NCBI GenBank assembly: GCA_963666835.2
Contig: CAXXGO010000001.1
Coordinates: 2,048,001-2,112,000 of the forward strand
Reading direction: 5' to 3'
DNA from: Phycisphaerae bacterium
GTDB lineage: Bacteria; Planctomycetota; Phycisphaerae; UBA1845
DNA length: 64,000 nt
Part shown: one piece after another, positions 37,500 through 45,796 of the stretch
Layout of the letters: every line of letters begins with the position of its first letter
Position numbering within the stretch: the first letter of the stretch is position 1
Notes under the pieces: generated by a model
What the model saw: the letters and a program-made list of their open reading frames with translations, nothing else
Told to the model about the DNA's origin: nothing
Database searches by the model: none
Translations under genes and position numbers: made by a program

Positions 37500-38430
37500 A
37501 CCGGACTTGGGCGTACACTTGGACCATCTTCAGGTCGACATGCCCGAGCAGTTTCGCCACCACCTCAATAGGCGTACCGGCCTCCAACCACGTTTGAGCT
37601 GCAGTATGCCTGAGCGTGTACACCCCGCGAATACCATGCCGAGAGAGCGATCGAGACAGCGATCTACGCTTCCACGGTCCTCCTCGGCAATTGTGAAAGA
37701 CAAGCTCGCCCGGTGAGTGTGGTTCGGGGATTGACTCTAGAACCTCCATCGCTTGGGGTGGCAAGTAGATCGTGCGCGGTCGTCTGGTCTTGGCTGCGGT
37801 CTTGTGCTGATCGAGTACGCAAACCCGTTTCTCCATCCGGACCTGCTCCCATGTCAAAGAGATTGCCTCACTGGGACGGCAGCCGGTCGTGAGAATGAAC
37901 GTGGCGACTCGTTTAATCGTCGGGTTCAGGGTTGACCATGCCTTGGCGATGTTCTCCGGGCTCTCGTCGCGTGGATGCAGGATCTCTTTACGATGAGGTG
38001 CAGAATCGGGTGGCTTATCAATCCAGCCCTGAGCCGCAGCCCAACGACAGACGACCCTCGCCGTAGATGTGTAACGGTTGATCGTGCTGGGCTTGAGGTC
38101 CCGCGTATCGAGGTAATCACCGTAGGCGTGAAGGACAAGCGGATCGTGGAGAATGTCGAAGGGCGCATCTGTTGCGAAGTCCTCAACCCATCGGCCAGCC
38201 GCCCGGGCTAAGTTGTGGTTGGGTTTGGCCTCCTGGCACCATCGCCGATAGAGTTCAGCAATCGAGCTAGGAGCGCCCGCACGTCGCCCCAGACCACCGA
38301 GAATCTCTCCGGCCCGCTTGTATGCGACGGCCATGTCGGTCCCGAGGTGATGATCCTTGCCGCCGACCCGTAACCTGAAGTACGGATTTCGCCCCTTCTT
38401 CCGGATGCACTGAACTGTCGGTTCTCGCAT
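37423..38430 (-). CDS. tyrosine recombinase/integrase
   Basis: TGCRPSEA (R), HKT (K), YTLRHTAA, LLGH...QVYA (H, Y); small N-terminal beta arm-binding-like domain. Confidence 0.93.
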   Translation of the reverse strand: MREPTVQCIRKKGRNPYFRLRVGGKDHHLGTDMAVAYKRAGEILGGLGRRAGAPSSIAELYRRWCQEAKPNHNLARAAGRWVEDFATDAPFDILHDPLVLHAYGDYLDTRDLKPSTINRYTSTARVVCRWAAAQGWIDKPPDSAPHRKEILHPRDESPENIAKAWSTLNPTIKRVATFILTTGCRPSEAISLTWEQVRMEKRVCVLDQHKTAAKTRRPRTIYLPPQAMEVLESIPEPHSPGELVFHNCRGGPWKRRSLSRSLSRHGIRGVYTLRHTAAQTWLEAGTPIEVVAKLLGHVDLKMVQVYAQVRSTQLQRAAETLPTLIPTAPGVAEQE

Positions 38431-38447
38431 AATTCGCCTCCCTGCTA

Positions 38448-38513
38448 GCGCCCCCTCGAACCCTTCTTACGGCATCTTAAACGCGGTTGCGATTAGGTCA
38501 AGAGGGGGCGCTC
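38448..38513. promoter_or_regulatory. right arm-type sites overlapping the integrase promoter
   Basis: GCGCCCCCTC at 38448 and AAGAGGGGGCGCTC at 38500 (exact reverse complement of 22293-22306). Minus-strand TTGACC-N16-TAAGAT (38501-38474). Confidence 0.6.
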
Positions 38514-38565
38514 GAAACGAGCAAACCACTATAATATAGGCACGAAACGCAATCCGTACCCCTTC

Positions 38566-38633
38566 TTATCAAAAATGGCGACAAGATCCGCGTCAAGGTC
38601 GAAAACCGCGAATACCAGGGCAAAGAGCACTGA
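38566..38633 (+). repeat. attR: displaced original 3' end of efp (..IKNGDKIRVKVENREYQGKEH*)
   Basis: Direct repeat of 22204-22268 followed by TGA. Confidence 0.95.
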
Positions 38634-38805
38634 CGCCGGCCCGTACTCCGATCGTCTGCCCGCTGCTTGTGTCCGGCTCAGGGTTCATCCGCGGTTACCG
38701 TTGCCCCAATCCAGCGCCTGCCTTTACCCGGCTCGCTTCATTTGCGCCCTCCGGCGTCCGATAGAAACAGGAGAGTAGGTACGTACCGAGGGTCTTCGAG
38801 GCGAA

Positions 38806-39123
38806 ATGTCCGTACACGGCGGCCAACAACAGGATTCCGGATTCGACAAGACCACCGATCCCGCAGGTGGAGGGGCAGGGGCTCTGCCCTCGCGCCGCGC
38901 GATAGTAACCGGCGGGGTGAAGTTGGCTTTCGTTGCTCCGGTTCTGTCGACCTTCTTCGCCAGTCAGGCTTACGCCGCTAATTACAGTTGCTATCCGCTC
39001 GGGCACACGTGTGACACGGTCAGCGAGGGGAAACGGCAGCAGTGTTGCGGCGCGCTTACGTGCAAGGGACCTGATACGATTCCGGTTGATCCGGGCGATG
39101 TCGACGGTACGTGCCAGCCGTAA
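38806..39123 (+). CDS. putative RiPP precursor: RR/FxxPxL leader plus 6-Cys knottin-like core
   Basis: SRRAIVTGGVKLAFVAPVLSTFFASQAYA|ANYS-C-x6-C-x10-CC-x4-C-x16-C-QP; first gene of the PqqD/kinase operon. Confidence 0.75.
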   Translation: MSVHGGQQQDSGFDKTTDPAGGGAGALPSRRAIVTGGVKLAFVAPVLSTFFASQAYAANYSCYPLGHTCDTVSEGKRQQCCGALTCKGPDTIPVDPGDVDGTCQP

Positions 39124-39205
39124 GGTCCGGTTGAGATTCCGGCAGGCTCTTGGTTGGGCCTGGAATGGAGCTCGCCGGAGAGACTGGATCCAAGGAAGGG
39201 TTGCC

Positions 39206-40531
39206 ATGTCCTCGGCAGCATCAGGGCGGACGGCTACGTTGTTCATAATCGCTTGTGCGCTGGGCGGGGCAGGCGTGTCCGGGACGCTGCTCAAGGCGCA
39301 CGACGGCGGTTGGCAGATCGCCAGCCGGGACGGCGTCGGTCTTATTCAGTATTGCAACGCTCAGATTATTCCCAACGCCGATTGCCCGCAGGTCATGGGC
39401 AGCCGCTGGGGGTCCTTCGATGCCCGGATCGGCTCACACCGAGTGTTGGTTCCCACCTCACTGATCGGCTTGGCGTACTTCGTTGCCGTGGCCGTCTGGT
39501 TTGGGATGGTCAGTCCCGGTGGGGTCCGGGGCGGTTGGACCTGGCCGATTACAATCCTCGCAGTGGCGGCAGGGCTCGCCGGATCGTTGTTTCTCGTGGT
39601 CATCATGGCGGTGTCGGTGAGTCGATGGTGCCCCCTTTGCGTGGTCGCACATCTGTTGAACGGGGCGATTGTCATAGCGACTTTGTGGTTGTGGCGACGC
39701 ACCAGGCGTAGTCCCGATTGCAGCGTGCCGGTTGTTCCGGGGATGATTCGTCTTCGCCGCCGGCTGGCGTGGTCTGCCGCAACAGTGGCTCTGGGGGCGG
39801 CCGTGGGATTCTGGCTCTACTTCGATGCGGTGACTGAAGCCCGTCGACAATGGCGAAAGTACACTCATTTGAAGCAAGCGGTAACCGCCCTGCAGGACGA
39901 CCCGCAACTCACGCTTCGGGCGTTCTATGCTCAAGAGGTCGTCGAAGACCTATGGGACGATCGAAACGCTGATTCGGAATGGGGGGTGAGTACGCTCCGT
40001 CCGCGGCTTACGGTGTTCACGGACTACGATTGTGGCCCCTGCGCATGCTTCGAGAGTACCCGCGAGCGGGTGATCAGCGTGGCCTTTACGGACGGCGTGG
40101 ATCTCCAGGTACGCTACTGCCCTGAAACCACCGGGACGGGGCGGGCAGACGTGTCGACTTTGGCGGCGAGCTGCGCCGCGGAAGCGGCTCGGCGCCAAGG
40201 CGGATCGGACGCGCAGCTACGCATGCATCGGTTGCTGTTCATTCACCGCCAGGCTGGTCCGCAACGAGACTACGCCGACTTGGCCCGGCAGGCCGGCCTT
40301 GACGTTGACCGATTCCTGGAAGATTGGCAAAGCGAGCCGGTGCGGGAGGCGGTTCTGAGCGATATTGGTCTGGCGAACTCTCTGAAGGTCTCCGCCCCGG
40401 CCGTGTTCCTCGAAGGTCGGCGCGTGCCGGACTTGTGCGTTGAGAGCCCGACCTTCTGGGAGGCGGTTTCGGCTGAGCTGGCCAAGGAACGGGTCGCGGC
40501 CTCGTCCGAGATCGGGGAGGAGCTGCGATGA
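39206..40531 (+). CDS. VKOR-DsbA/thioredoxin fusion (disulfide-bond formation)
   Basis: YC..x..DCPQVMGSRW loop cysteines, TM helices, WCPLCVVAH (VKOR CxxC); FTDYDCGPC and SAPAVFLEG (DsbA). AAGGAAGG RBS. Confidence 0.88.
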   Translation: MSSAASGRTATLFIIACALGGAGVSGTLLKAHDGGWQIASRDGVGLIQYCNAQIIPNADCPQVMGSRWGSFDARIGSHRVLVPTSLIGLAYFVAVAVWFGMVSPGGVRGGWTWPITILAVAAGLAGSLFLVVIMAVSVSRWCPLCVVAHLLNGAIVIATLWLWRRTRRSPDCSVPVVPGMIRLRRRLAWSAATVALGAAVGFWLYFDAVTEARRQWRKYTHLKQAVTALQDDPQLTLRAFYAQEVVEDLWDDRNADSEWGVSTLRPRLTVFTDYDCGPCACFESTRERVISVAFTDGVDLQVRYCPETTGTGRADVSTLAASCAAEAARRQGGSDAQLRMHRLLFIHRQAGPQRDYADLARQAGLDVDRFLEDWQSEPVREAVLSDIGLANSLKVSAPAVFLEGRRVPDLCVESPTFWEAVSAELAKERVAASSEIGEELR

Positions 40532-40860
40532 CTGACGCGGTCAACGGCGATGGTGTGCGTCTTTCGCCGGCCGTCTGCTCCGAGTCCGGCAGTCAAGCGC
40601 GCCTCGTCCGGAGAACGGATGTCACCGTCTATGAGCTGGACGGAGAGGGGCTGGTCTTCGACGCCACCCGCGGTGACACGCATCGTCTGAACGCGACGGC
40701 TATGGCGATTTGGCGCGAATGTGACGGCCGGCAGGATGCAGCGCAGATTGCCGAACGCCTTACGGATTCTTATGACGTTTCTATGGCAGCGGCTGTTGAG
40801 CATGTGGAGAGGCTTCTTCGAGAGTTTCAGGAACGGCGGCTGGTTTACACGGCGTTTTGA
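40528..40860 (+). CDS. PqqD family protein (RiPP recognition element)
   Basis: YELDGEGLVFD...THRLNATAMAIWRECDG...IAERLTDSYDV...VERLLREF..RRLV; ATGA coupling. Confidence 0.9.
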   Translation: MTDAVNGDGVRLSPAVCSESGSQARLVRRTDVTVYELDGEGLVFDATRGDTHRLNATAMAIWRECDGRQDAAQIAERLTDSYDVSMAAAVEHVERLLREFQERRLVYTAF

Positions 40861-40872
40861 CACAGGGACCGG

Positions 40873-41781
40873 ATGCTTAGCATGGCCCGGGATGACAGGC
40901 AAGACGTGATGCACTTTCAGATCGGCGAGGTAGCGATGTCGCTGCGGACGCCGCTCCGGTCGTTACGCAGTCAGTATCTTGCTCTGTATGAAGACTTCCG
41001 GGTCCCGCAGCGGGCACGCAACTCCATTCGCATCGAGGTTCGCCCCTCGCAGCGGTCCTTACGCCATCGGCGGTGCTACCGGGTCTATGTGGACGGGCGA
41101 TTGCGGTTCGAGCCGACCCGGTTCAAGGAACTGCTGCCCTACGTGGAGTGGGCGGTCAACTGGGAGTTAGCCCGGGTCATGCCGCAGTTTCTGCAACTCC
41201 ACGCCTCCTCCATGGAGATTAACGGGCAGGGCGTGATTCTGCCGGGGGCGTCGGGTAGCGGAAAGTCCACCCTGACTACCGGACTGATTGCCGACGGATG
41301 GCGATATCTCTGTGATGAATTCGCGTTGATTCATTCGGGCACCCTGGAGCTTCACCCGTTTCCCCGGGCGATTTGTGTCAAGAAGCCGGCATTTTCCGTG
41401 ATGGAGTCCCTCGGGTTTCACCTGCAGAAAGCCCGGCATTACCACAAGGGGACCAAGGGCGATGTAGTTTTTCTGAATCCGTTGAATCTGCGGCCCAATG
41501 GGATCGGACGCACCTGCCCGGTACGATATGTCGTCTTTCCGCGCTACGCCGCTGGAGCGGAACCGGCGCTGGTGCCCATCAGCCGGGCGGAGGCGGCCCT
41601 CGACATGCACCACGTCTGCTTCAACCTCTTCGGGTGCCGGACGCTCGGCGTGGAGGTTCTGGCGAAGCTGGTACGGGGGGCTTCCTGTTATCGACTTATC
41701 AGTGGAGAGATTGGCAAGACCTGTCGTTTGCTCCGCGGAATGGTCGAACAGGCGGCCCAACCGCAGGCTCTAAGCGCGTAA
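40873..41781 (+). CDS. HprK-related kinase
   Basis: LQLHAS...GVILPGASGSGKSTL...GWRYLCDEFALI...HPFPRAI. Confidence 0.85.
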   Translation: MLSMARDDRQDVMHFQIGEVAMSLRTPLRSLRSQYLALYEDFRVPQRARNSIRIEVRPSQRSLRHRRCYRVYVDGRLRFEPTRFKELLPYVEWAVNWELARVMPQFLQLHASSMEINGQGVILPGASGSGKSTLTTGLIADGWRYLCDEFALIHSGTLELHPFPRAICVKKPAFSVMESLGFHLQKARHYHKGTKGDVVFLNPLNLRPNGIGRTCPVRYVVFPRYAAGAEPALVPISRAEAALDMHHVCFNLFGCRTLGVEVLAKLVRGASCYRLISGEIGKTCRLLRGMVEQAAQPQALSA

Positions 41782-41816
41782 GGTCGCGATCGAGGGGAGA
41801 CGCCCTTGGCGGAGCG

Positions 41817-42995
41817 ATGGAGGACTTGATGGACCATAGTGGAATCCAACTTGCCCCCTGGTTGAACGCTGCCGGTCCGCCGCGTGCCGCTGTCGAGTGG
41901 ATGGAACCAGTCGAAGTGGCCTGCGAATCCGGGCTTGCCGGGTTGCTCTTGGAACACGTTTCGCGACACGGGCTCGAACCTCCGGCAGATGCCGCCGAGA
42001 CCCTGCGCCGCGCGGCTGCGTCAGTCGCGCAAAACAACATCCACCTGCACGACGAGCTGGCTGACGTGGTTCAGGCTTTCAACCGGGCGAAGGTCCCCGT
42101 GATGCTCCTCAAAGGGGCAGCCCTCAATCATACGATCTACCCCCGATATAACCTCCGTCCGATGAGCGATCTCGACTTGCTCGTCCACCCGGATTCGGCG
42201 GAAGAGGCCGTGCAGTTGCTTGCCGATCACGGTTGTCCGCGCGGATTCGATCTCGTCCGCGACGATTTCTTCCCGAAATACCACAACGAGGTCGAGTTGC
42301 TGACGGGCTCGCCCAATCCCGCCCGGATCGATCTGCACGCGCGACCGCTACGCCCACTACGAATCTCGCAGACAATGCCGGACGACGCTCTGTGGGAAGA
42401 CGCTCAACCGGTTCATATCGGAGACGGTAAGGCGTGGATCCCCCGTCCGGAGTTAAACTGCCTCCACTTGGCGGCCCACGCGGCTTATCATGGCTGTTCC
42501 CGGTTGATCTGGCTATATGATCTTCTCAGGCTTCACGAAGCGTACGGCAGTGTCATGGATTGGGGTCTGTTGGTCGATCGGGCTCGGGAATGGAAGCTGT
42601 CGTGGCCGGTCCTTTTCGCCCTGCGTCGCGCGGGCGAGCTCCTCGGCGAAGTCTGTCCGCCAGGGGTAATCGAGAAGCTGGAGGGACATCCGATCGGCTG
42701 GCGCGACCGGTTGGCTCTAGTTCACGCTCCACGGGACGCCGCCGCCCCGATCTCTCATCTCGTAGTAGATCTGCTCTGTACGCCCGGGATTCGCTTCCGG
42801 ATAGGGTACGCCTCGTCCTTTGTGCTGCCCGGAGGTAAGCATCTGGCCGGGATCTACCCCTTCCGGCACCGGGGATGGAAGGCGGTTGCGCACCTCTGGC
42901 GGTGTCTTCGAGCCGCAGGCCGGGCTGTGGCGGGGCTGGCGAGCGCGCCGGCCGCTCTGCTGCGTCGAGGCAGCTTCCGGTTGGCGTCTCCGTAA
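41817..42995 (+). CDS. nucleotidyltransferase family protein (NTP_transf_5-like)
   Basis: MLLKGAAL, YP...RPMSDLDLLV, IDLH, HLAAHA, LIWLYDL. Confidence 0.87.
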   Translation: MEDLMDHSGIQLAPWLNAAGPPRAAVEWMEPVEVACESGLAGLLLEHVSRHGLEPPADAAETLRRAAASVAQNNIHLHDELADVVQAFNRAKVPVMLLKGAALNHTIYPRYNLRPMSDLDLLVHPDSAEEAVQLLADHGCPRGFDLVRDDFFPKYHNEVELLTGSPNPARIDLHARPLRPLRISQTMPDDALWEDAQPVHIGDGKAWIPRPELNCLHLAAHAAYHGCSRLIWLYDLLRLHEAYGSVMDWGLLVDRAREWKLSWPVLFALRRAGELLGEVCPPGVIEKLEGHPIGWRDRLALVHAPRDAAAPISHLVVDLLCTPGIRFRIGYASSFVLPGGKHLAGIYPFRHRGWKAVAHLWRCLRAAGRAVAGLASAPAALLRRGSFRLASP

Positions 42996-43132
42996 CCACC
43001 CAGCCCGATAATCACCTGGATTGGACCGCACAAGCCGCCGATATCAGCGGCAGTTGGTGCCGTGTACGGATCACCGTACCCGGACCGACCTGACCCGGGA
43101 TTCAGGCTCTGTCGGACTGTGGCGGAACAGCG

Positions 43133-44140
43133 ATGACGCGTTGGCATCAACACACGGTGGCCGTCGTGATGACCGTGAAGAACGATCCCGCGGGTTGTGC
43201 CGTGACCCTTGGTTCGCTGGTAACCCAGACACGCCGCCCGGACGAGATAATCGTAGTAGACGGCGGGTCGACCGACGATACCGTGCGTTTGGTTCGGCAG
43301 TACCAGGGCAGCCTGCCACAATTGCGGGTTATTGACGCTCCCGGGGCCAACATCGCTCGCGGGCGAAACATCGGGGTCGAGGCGGCAGAGTCAGAGATTG
43401 TGGCCACGACCGATTGCGGATGTCGGGCGGATTCGAAGTGGCTGGAGGAGTTGCTGCGACCTTTCCAGGAGGATCCCGGCACGGAATTCGTGGCGGGTTT
43501 CTATCGAATCGAAGCCCACAGCCTTCTGGAAGAGGTTGTGGGGTTGGCGACGATGCGCGGGCAGTTGGACCCGGTCGACCCGGACAAGTTCAACCCGTCG
43601 GCTCGGTCGATGGCGCTGACCAAAGCGTTGTGGACCAGGGCGGGGGGCTGGCCGGAGTGGATCTCGTTTTCCGAAGACACCCTCCTGGATCACAAGATAA
43701 GGCAGATGGACGTCGGGTGGGCTTTCGCCGGAGATGCGGTGGTACGCTGGCGTCCGCGCCGGTCGCTTCCGGCAATTGCCCGCCAGTTTCATAATTACGG
43801 CACCGGGCGGGGGCACACGCAGATTGATGCCGCGGGCTATCTTTACGACGTTCGGAACGGCCTGCTCTTTGCGGGGACGGCGGTTGCCAGCCTGTGGACG
43901 GTGTGGGCGCTGCCGCTTCTTGTCGCGATTTTTGGCTATTTCTATGTTTGGGCGTTTCACCACAAGGCGATGCGTGTGGCCCGCCGGGCCGGACGCTGGC
44001 CGGCATACCCGCTTTGCCTCTGCGTTATGTGGGTGATCATTGCGGTGAACATCACCGGGTTCCTGGCGGGTTCCTGGCAGAGGCAACGGGATCAGGGTCG
44101 ATACCGGCGTCGGCTCGAGGCATACCTGGCCGGCCCCTGA
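43133..44140 (+). CDS. GT2 family glycosyltransferase with C-terminal TM helices
   Basis: QTRRPDEIIVVDGGSTDDT, NIARGRN, TTDCGC, GGWPE...SEDT. Confidence 0.88.
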   Translation: MTRWHQHTVAVVMTVKNDPAGCAVTLGSLVTQTRRPDEIIVVDGGSTDDTVRLVRQYQGSLPQLRVIDAPGANIARGRNIGVEAAESEIVATTDCGCRADSKWLEELLRPFQEDPGTEFVAGFYRIEAHSLLEEVVGLATMRGQLDPVDPDKFNPSARSMALTKALWTRAGGWPEWISFSEDTLLDHKIRQMDVGWAFAGDAVVRWRPRRSLPAIARQFHNYGTGRGHTQIDAAGYLYDVRNGLLFAGTAVASLWTVWALPLLVAIFGYFYVWAFHHKAMRVARRAGRWPAYPLCLCVMWVIIAVNITGFLAGSWQRQRDQGRYRRRLEAYLAGP

Positions 44141-44305
44141 GACTCCGTCCCCGCTTACCAAGGGAGGATCGAGGGGCGTCGATTCGGGAGCTGCAGAGTT
44201 TTCCGGGGTTTTCAACAAGAACGCCCGTAGTGACTTAGAAAAGTGCCCGACGCCGACAATGGAGCGGCCTATCCAGTGAATCGAAACCAGCCAACCCGCT
44301 CCACG

Positions 44306-45745
44306 ATGAGGCGACGCTGGCTGTGTGTCGCCTACGCTTTCCCTCCGATCAATCGAAGCGGAACGCACCGCACCTTGGGCTTCGTGAGGCACCTGGATTC
44401 GCTTGGGTGGGACGCCACCGTGCTAACCGTGGATCCAGGGGATGAGCCGGTTGATGCTGGTCTCCTTGACCGGGTCCCCGAGTCGACCGAGGTCATTCAA
44501 TCGCTGTGGACGGACCTTATCGCCCAGGCAAAACGGATGTTGTGCCTCGGGCGTTCTCAAGAGAGAGCGAGTGATTTTCCCCGCGACGCCGCGCGTTACG
44601 ACCAAACCGTCATCAGCGGAACCGCCCGCGATGGAAAGCCGGGCGGGGTGAAGGAGTGGGTGTCCCGTTTGTTGATTACTCCGGATTCCCGGCTTGGTTG
44701 GCTCGGTCCGGCAACACGCCGGGGTATGGCCGCAATTCGCCGACGGCGCCCCGAGGTGATCTACTCGACCTCACCGTATATGACGGCTCATCTGATCGCG
44801 GCGCGACTTGCCCGCCGAACGGGCGTCCCCTGGGTTGCGGATTTTCGAGATCCGTGGTGCGACAACCCGTTCCGCAGTCTAGGCTTCACGAGTCTTCGGC
44901 GATGGGATGAATGGTTGGAGCGTCGGACCCTTCGCCGCGCCGCTCATGTAGTATGCACGACCTCGACCATGCGGGATCGATTTGCGGAGCGACTGCCGTT
45001 CGTGCGCGAAAAGTCCAGCGTCATCACCAACGGGTTCGACGCAGAGCTGTTGACCGGCCTTACGCCGACACGCGTTGCGCCGGTGGAAGATCTGGTCCTG
45101 ACCCACTGTGGACAGTTCTACGGGCCGCGTCGCCCGCAGGTGTGGTTCGATGCCCTAAGACGGGTGCTGGACCAACCTTCGGATCGACCGCGGAGAATCC
45201 ACTTGCAGTTGCTCGGACCGGATTCGTACGAGGGCCGGCCGCTGATGGAACTGGCCGCGGACGCGGGAGTCGCCGAGCATGTTCACGTGTCGGGCTCCAA
45301 GAGCCATCGGGAGGCTCTATCGCACATGGCCGGCAGTGACGTGTTGCTGCTGGCCGGATCGTCGGGCGTCGGTAGCGATCTGCAGGTGCCCAACAAACTG
45401 TTCGAGTACCTTGCCGTGCGCCGGCCGATTATCGCCGCGGTTTCCGCAAACAGCCCGGTCGTTGGGATCCTCCGCGAAGCCGGGGCGGAGGCGTCTGTCT
45501 GCGATCCGGAAGATGCACTCGGTATTGCCGAAGCGATCGAGAACCTCTCCGAATCGCATAGTCCGGACCCCGCGCAAGCATGGGATGGCGTTTCCCGGTT
45601 CGACCGCGCCAATCGAGCGCGCGAGCTGGCTGCGATCTTTCAGCACGTATCCCAGTCGAAGATCCTCGGACGGACATCGCGGATTGCCGCCGCCGACCAC
45701 AAGTGCCAAGGCGTAGACACCGCCCGCGGCTACGCCCACGGATAG
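44306..45745 (+). CDS. GT4 family glycosyltransferase
   Basis: AYAFPP, GWDATVLT, PDSRLGW, PWVADFRDPW, ITNGFD, VPNKLFEYL. Alternative GTG start at 44243. Confidence 0.88.
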   Translation: MRRRWLCVAYAFPPINRSGTHRTLGFVRHLDSLGWDATVLTVDPGDEPVDAGLLDRVPESTEVIQSLWTDLIAQAKRMLCLGRSQERASDFPRDAARYDQTVISGTARDGKPGGVKEWVSRLLITPDSRLGWLGPATRRGMAAIRRRRPEVIYSTSPYMTAHLIAARLARRTGVPWVADFRDPWCDNPFRSLGFTSLRRWDEWLERRTLRRAAHVVCTTSTMRDRFAERLPFVREKSSVITNGFDAELLTGLTPTRVAPVEDLVLTHCGQFYGPRRPQVWFDALRRVLDQPSDRPRRIHLQLLGPDSYEGRPLMELAADAGVAEHVHVSGSKSHREALSHMAGSDVLLLAGSSGVGSDLQVPNKLFEYLAVRRPIIAAVSANSPVVGILREAGAEASVCDPEDALGIAEAIENLSESHSPDPAQAWDGVSRFDRANRARELAAIFQHVSQSKILGRTSRIAAADHKCQGVDTARGYAHG

Positions 45746-45796
45746 AGGCTCGCGAGTTCGCCCCCTCGATCCGGTGGGTGCCGCCCGCCAGCGCTA

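Larger units (their letters stand above)
22204..38630. mobile_element. ~16.4 kb integrative phage-satellite/PICI-like element inserted in efp
   Basis: Flanking att repeats, a tyrosine integrase next to attR, Xis-like HTH, primase-helicase, iteron ori and a TerS-like gene. Visibly more AT-rich than the flanks. No recognisable capsid, portal, TerL or tail genes. Confidence 0.88.

Noticed and set aside
38530..38535. Outward-facing TATAAT promoter driving the RiPP operon from the element
   Set aside because: Perfect -10 hexamer, but no -35 at 16-18 bp and no extended TG; it may just be AT-rich att-arm sequence.
22204..38630. Complete prophage or ICE
   Set aside because: No recognisable TerL, portal, capsid, tail, lysis, relaxase or T4SS genes; only 16 kb.
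38806..42995. Lasso peptide cluster
   Set aside because: No asparagine-synthetase-like cyclase or transglutaminase-like B2 peptidase; the core is a long 6-Cys peptide behind an AxA site.
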